Shown here: one piece after another, positions 57,290 through 64,000 of the stretch
Layout: the number at the start of each line of letters is the position of its first letter
Position numbering within the stretch: the stretch's first letter is position 1
Origin: Podarcis gaigeae
Lineage: Eukaryota
Direction: 5' to 3' (one strand)
DNA length: 64,000 nucleotides
Assembly (NCBI GenBank): GCA_964106915.2
Contig: OZ066916.1
The notes under the pieces: generated by a model
Told to the model about the DNA's origin: nothing
Database searches by the model: none
What the model saw: only the letters and a program-made list of their open reading frames with translations
Program-made: the position numbers and the translations under genes

Positions 57290-57643
57290 TTATAATTCTT
57301 GATTTTTTGCAAACAGTGAAAACAAGTGATCCAAATGATTCAGTATAAAGTGAAATTTCTATCATAATTACCACTTCTATAAAAAGTTACTTAATCAGCC
57401 ACATGCATAAGTCTGTCAGAAAGCTCTTCACTGCAGGCAGAAGAACGCACGCACACACGTACGCACACACATACACAAAATCACAAATAATATTCCTTCT
57501 TGCCTGCCATTGTCTTTGTTCAGAACAGTTAAAACCTATACTGTTTCAAACAGGAATGCAAAATAACCCACTTATCAATTCACACATAAACATTTGTCTA
57601 GGCATTTGATATCTGACTGAGCAGCCCTGCCTTGTTTAAGTCA

Positions 57644-57964
<321 letters not shown>

Positions 57965-60119
57965 TTACTGCCCAATTGAAGCTCATGGCACTTAGCTAGT
58001 TTATGAGGTTAGCTAGTTTATGAGAATCCAATACAGATTTCATATGGATCCTAATAGGGACCCTAATATACACTCATTTGGATCCAAGCAACCCCTTCTG
58101 CAAGGAAGTTTGCTTCTGATTCCTATTCAGTCATTGTACCAAATGTGAACTTCTCCTCCCTTCCCTGCCCAATAGCATCACACACCTTCCTTCTACAGCA
58201 AAACAGACATATATATTTCAACAACTGCAAAAGTTACACATGCTAAAAATTAAGAAAGAGCAAAACATTAATGATATGATAGCAAAGCTACAGAATTAAC
58301 GCAATTAAATTGAATTCCAAACACTGCATTAAATGCCAGCATTTCTGTTAAAATAAGCCTTTAGGAACTATTTACAGCATTGTGTTAAGAAAGACTTCTT
58401 ATCCCTAGTATCGCTTACAAGTTCTCAGTGTACGAGCGCTGGCATAGGTAATTCATGGAGAAAAAGAAAAACCAAAATCCTTTTAGTCTGATTGCCTACA
58501 TTTAATTATCACTTTCACTGAGATCTAAGCATTACAACATTAAGTCTGACAGCAAATTCTCTTAATAAGGGAATGTATGAAAGGAAGTTCAGTGACACCT
58601 ATACGGGCCTATCGAGAGGGGAGAGTAGACTACCTCTTTCCCAGTGACCCCATACATAAACAACTTCCAGCACGGCACTCTGTTCACTAGAGCAGAATAA
58701 GCAAACAGGAAGCAACTGCAATTGCCACCACAACCATCACCAATTATCATGATCACCAGAACAAAAGGGCTCAAGCCCACCTAAGCCTTCCCCCAAAACT
58801 CCAAACATTGGGGGGAGGAACAGAGAGAGAAATGCAAAGTGCATATAGCCATGACTGTGTCTGGGGGCAGGGGAAGTTGAACCCATAGTTTAAAGTTACT
58901 AATACAAATATTGCCACCACTATTTTAACCTTTTCCAGCAATCTTGCATTTTATCTTGCCATGCAGGTAGGAAATGCTGCAATCTTCCACTAGGATTGTT
59001 GCTATATTAGACCTAGAAGTGGCATCAATGTTCCAATGTTTTATCCAAACACTCTGCATGGCACCTACAACAAGAGCTGCATTAAGAATCAGTCCCCCCC
59101 ACTATCCAATTGTATTTTTCAATCAAGTTGTTGGGATCCTGCACCCTCTGCTGGTTCATATAAGGCACTGCACAGTTACAAGCAATTCAGTTAAGGCCTG
59201 CGGGGCAAAGAGTGGAAGACAAAGGGGCAGGAGACAGTATTAGCTGCTTTTGTGGGGAGCAGGGAAGACACCAGAGTTGTCAATTGGAGAGGGAAAGGAG
59301 AAATGGCAGAAATCAATGCTCTAGTTGCATCTACAGCCAGGATAGCTGAAGCCCTTCCAGGAGACAAGTACAATGGGTGAGGAAGTCAGTGGAAATTTCA
59401 CTGCACCATTGCTCAGACAGCCCACTTGGTTTTGACCACTAAGATATGCTTAACAGAAGAGGTAGCCTTAGGCGCTTCCCTTGCCAAGAGTTGAGCAGCA
59501 GGAAGGCAAGGGGCAAGTCTGAGAGGAGAAAGGCATAGGAATAGAACAATCTCTCTCTTCTTTTTTACATAAAAAATGATAGACATCACCAACAGCGGAG
59601 AAGAGGCAAAGACAAAAATGGCAGGAAAAATAGAATAATACAAGGGGGAAAACACATTTCTCTGAGCTTGAGAAATAAACACAGTGGAGGAGAGGAAATT
59701 GGATTGTTCTGAATCAAGAAATGAAATGAAGACTCAGCAAACTTATGATATGTGGTTTCCTGCCTTCCAAGCAGCAGGAGGATACCTACTACATCCAACT
59801 GAAATGGGAATTATTCTGTGTTATCCTCCAGTCACTTCCAATCAACCTTTAATCTTTCCTATCCAGAACAACACAAGGTACACAGGTGGAGAAAAACACA
59901 GAAAGTCCATCATTATCACCTTCACTAACCCCAGGTTGATCCTAGGTGATAAAGAGGAAAGTGAAATAACAAAGCTACGATACTTTGGAGTGGGAAGATG
60001 ACTCGCCAAATGTTCCTCTCCTAGAGTCAAAAGTCTGAACTGCAACTGCAGTGAGAAAACACACAAACAGAAAAATGATACCATTTTTCACCTAAATTAA
60101 TTGCTAAAGCCAGAAGCAG

Positions 60120-60412
60120 AATAATAATAATAATTTTATTACTTATACTCCGTCCATCCGGCTATTTCCTCAGCCACCCTGGGCAGCTTCCAAAAAAAGA
60201 TTAAAAATACATTAAAACGTCAGACATTAAAAACTTCCCTAAACAAGGCTGCCTTCAGATGTCTTCTAAACGTCAGATAGTTGCTTATTTCTTTGACATC
60301 TGATGAGACGGCGTTCCACAGGGCGTTCCACTACCGAGAAGGCCCTCTGCCTGGTTCCCTGTAGCTTTGCTTCCCACAGTGAGGGAACCATCAGAAGGCC
60401 CTCAGCGCCCTA
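60120..60412 (-). mobile_element. L2-clade LINE 3' end
   Basis: (AAT)n tail followed by the same sequence as 7432-7690. Confidence 0.7.
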
Positions 60413-61021
60413 CCTTTCATCCACTCAGAAAAGGAAGAGGAAGAAAATGCAACCAAGGGCACATGTGACAGAAGAAATAAACATCATAGAAAAGCAAGCA
60501 GAAACAGACCATGGAGTCCCCTCCCTCAGTTAAGTTCATTATTAATTTCCTGCCTCCAGCGGGAAGTTCCTGCTTCCAAAATGTCCCTCTGCTTATATCC
60601 AGGTAAAATATTGTTTTTCGAAACTATTTCCAAAGAAAGCAGCTCTTCTTGTCAAAAGAAGACTATGAGACTGGCCTGTACCACCACAGAAAGTATTACA
60701 TGTTGTATTATTTTATTGTTGTTAGCCGCCCTGAGCCCAGCTTCGGCTGGGGAGGGCGGGATATAAATAAAAAAAAATATTTATTGTTATTTATTATACA
60801 TTCATCCTGAAATAGGACTGCTCAGACCAGCACCTCAGAAGAGGCTCCACAGAACCGCACCACCCCCTTCAAGAGCACCATGAGAGAAATGTAGAAATTT
60901 TGTGTTTAACGAGATGAATTAACCTTTTGCCATAACCTACCTGCTTTGCATCATAGTAATGTGTACAGTACATCATCTTTAAAGATATATTTAAACATTT
61001 TCATGACTATGCACGTTTTCA

Positions 61022-61285
<264 letters not shown>

Positions 61286-61900
61286 CTAAATGGTTCCTTT
61301 TTTGATAGTAAAAAGTTGACCACCAGTGGTCCCCCAATTCTTTCACTGTTACTATTCAATAGGAGGACAACAAATATGGGAAGAAAAAGATTATGACTTC
61401 CTCTTGGCCATTTTCTATACTAACTTGAAAACATGTCATCTTCTCCAAGCTCCCAAGTACCTTCTTGCACAGAAACTACTAACTACAAGAGAGGGAAGCA
61501 ATTTGGACTTGCTACCTAGACTGATGGGCAAAAAAAGAAGAGTGTAAAGAGACAGCATGCATGCAGAAATAATCCTGTAGGCGCAGGATTAGATGTTCAT
61601 TAGATGTACACTATAATCAAATGTCTGGCAGGTTTCAGTCAGTGCTGAAGTCTCCCAGACACTGGGATGTGATGGTTACAAACAAAGGCATCTAATCAGC
61701 TATTTTGAATATGTAGATGCCTTCCTAAAGCCTGAAATCGACATCATACCAAGATTTATGAGCACTAGCACTAACATACAGAAGAATTCTAAGTGGTAGA
61801 AGTAACACACACCACAGCAACAAATATCCACCAAACCTTACAGACATAAATCCAACTGCTGCACTAGCAGTGTTACACACTTATTTAGTAAGACTCTTAC

Positions 61901-61999
61901 CTATACTAGGTGGACTGCCATAGTTTACTGGTGACTCTGGAGGTCTTCCACAGTGCAATGCAGCAAGAGCAGATCCCTTCCACACCACATGCTTGCAAC
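61901..61999 (-). CDS. PHIP: PHIP exon 6
   Basis: [32 protein letters not shown]. Confidence 0.94.
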
Positions 62000-62061
62000 C
62001 TATTTGATTATATAAAATAAAACATAAACATAGAAACATAACAAAATAAGTGTTCAAGTCA

Positions 62062-62238
<177 letters not shown>

Positions 62239-62633
62239 TTAAGAAGAAACCAGGAGTTAAATATCCAATACTCTTCTGTTAATTTAGAAAACTATCGGGG
62301 GGTGATGTTTTGAAAAGGGGACAGTATTTGACACCTGAAATGCTTCTATGATTTCTAGTATACACAGCAATGAAAGCAGTATTTAAAGGACTCACATGCA
62401 CACACAAATAAAATCTAGACTGATTATTTCCCTAACCTCATGTTTAAAATATTTATGAATTTGAAAACAAAATTATTTGAATCACTACAGAAATAGCATT
62501 GAATATGCAGTATCATAATGAGTCAATTTGAAAACAAGATGACATATTTTAGTAATAGTATTTAGCATTAACATTAAAGTGTTTTGATAGTTAAAACACT
62601 GCACATACATAGGCCTGATTCATTTAATATGCG

Positions 62634-62769
62634 CAGTGTTTCCCAACCTTGTGCCTCCAGATGTTTTTGGCCTACAACTCCCATCATCCCTGACCACTGG
62701 TCTTGCTAGCTAGGGATGATGGGAGTTGTAGGCCAAAAACATCTGGAGGCACAAGGTTGGGAAACACTG
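62634..62769. mobile_element. Palindromic hAT MITE with perfect 58-bp arms
   Basis: CAGTGTTTCCCAACCTT...AAGGTTGGGAAACACTG; 20-nt spacer. Confidence 0.85.
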
Positions 62770-64000
62770 TGCTAGAGCACACTGAAGTTCCCTTGAACCT
62801 CCCTTACTCTGGCTGCCTCACAGTCTGGTTTGTAATGCTGTCCGAACCCAGGCTTGTGGTCTGTTTCTCTACAAACTAAGAGCAGTTACCAAAGTCAGTT
62901 CTACCAAACCAGGGATTGCAGTTTGTTTCTCGTCAAATCTTAAGCCATGGGTTTGTTGCTAACTTATAGATCATGACTTATTAGGGAGAAACAAACCAAG
63001 ATCCTTGGGTTTGGAAATAATGGAAAGCCAAGGCTTCCTAGATTGTTTACTGCACCAGAGGAGAAGCAAAGCAGGAGTGATCGCACAGTGTGAATTAGCA
63101 CACTGTTTATTTATAGTATACCACAATAAGCCAGAAACCCTGGCTTACCATTACATGCAAATGCAGCCAAATTTGGATCTGCAAAGACAGAACTGTGTAC
63201 TCTTTATATCTCAGCAGGGAAGCTTTTCCGTACTGTATTTTCCCTCTCAGTATGGACCCCATCATGCAATTCATGCACTTCTTGTTCAAATACTCAAACA
63301 GTATCAATTGTGATGATACTCTTTTTAACAACGGGTTTTCCCAGATGACTAGTTTATTATATATTAAAAGAATATTTTTTCTAATTTGTGTGCACATCTG
63401 CATGTCTTTTCTCTCAATAGCACTTAAGTTACAAGGTTATTATATTCAAAATGCAGGAAAATGCAGTACTCCTCCCCAGATAAAAATGTTCATTATTATT
63501 TTAATTGCCACATGAAAATGTCATTATCCAAGTTCATCAATCTACAGGAGACAATTTATGACGTAATCAGTAACAAGCAACCCAGCTTTCTCCCTTCTCA
63601 CTGAAGTAGTTGCACAAAAGATAATCTTTTTTTAAAAAAAGCTGATTTTTGTTTTTAAAGGGTCCTCCCTCCCCCTACCTTGCCTTTGTAGATGGGTGTG
63701 GTAGTGTTTTTCTCACTGCACTTTTGTCAACTGCTGCAGAACGATACATCTAACAGACTATTTTTTATAAAAGAAAAAGAAAAAGGTGGCACACCTCCCC
63801 CTTTCATACTTATATAGTGCACAGGAGAATATTTTGCTGTACTCACCGAAGTGAATGGATAAAAACCAATTGGGGCATGATTTGAATTAACACAAACTGC
63901 TGGATTTAAATGACATCACTAACTTTTTAGTAAGAAATTAAATTAAATTTGCAACAAGCTCTGGCCACACTTTGCATAACAATCAATCAAAACCAAAGTT

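Noticed and set aside
58950-59550. Possible coding or retroelement fragment in PHIP intron 7
   Set aside because: The ORFs show no recognisable domain and cannot be assigned without a search.

Overview
Eukaryotic (squamate reptile, most likely a lacertid lizard judging from the SINE complement) genomic window with two convergent genes. IRAK1BP1 is complete on the + strand: CpG-island promoter ~8.3-8.9 kb, 4 coding exons, 250 aa, intron 2 is GC-AG. PHIP (WD40/bromodomain; DCAF14/BRWD2) runs on the - strand, with 36 coding exons equivalent to human exons 5-40 from 62235 to the stop at 20677, followed by a ~6 kb 3' UTR. Introns carry lizard SINEs, L2 fragments, Tc1/mariner and hAT MITEs, a solo LTR and a Penelope-like palindrome. 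The standout feature is a ~1.12-kb near-perfect inverted repeat (17936-19058, arms ~530-560 nt, loop ~39 nt) in the probable PHIP 3' UTR, which I do not recognise as a transposon. Its mismatches are skewed toward G-T on the + strand (about 25 G-T vs 8 A-C, manual count), suggesting a selected long hairpin RNA antisense to PHIP, or an A-C-rich ADAR substrate in the PHIP mRNA. A second novelty is a diverged tandem duplicate of PHIP exon 15 that contains a candidate 45-nt in-frame cassette exon. Exon numbers are inferred from recalled human PHIP/IRAK1BP1 proteins; repeat family names are pattern-based, not database-verified.
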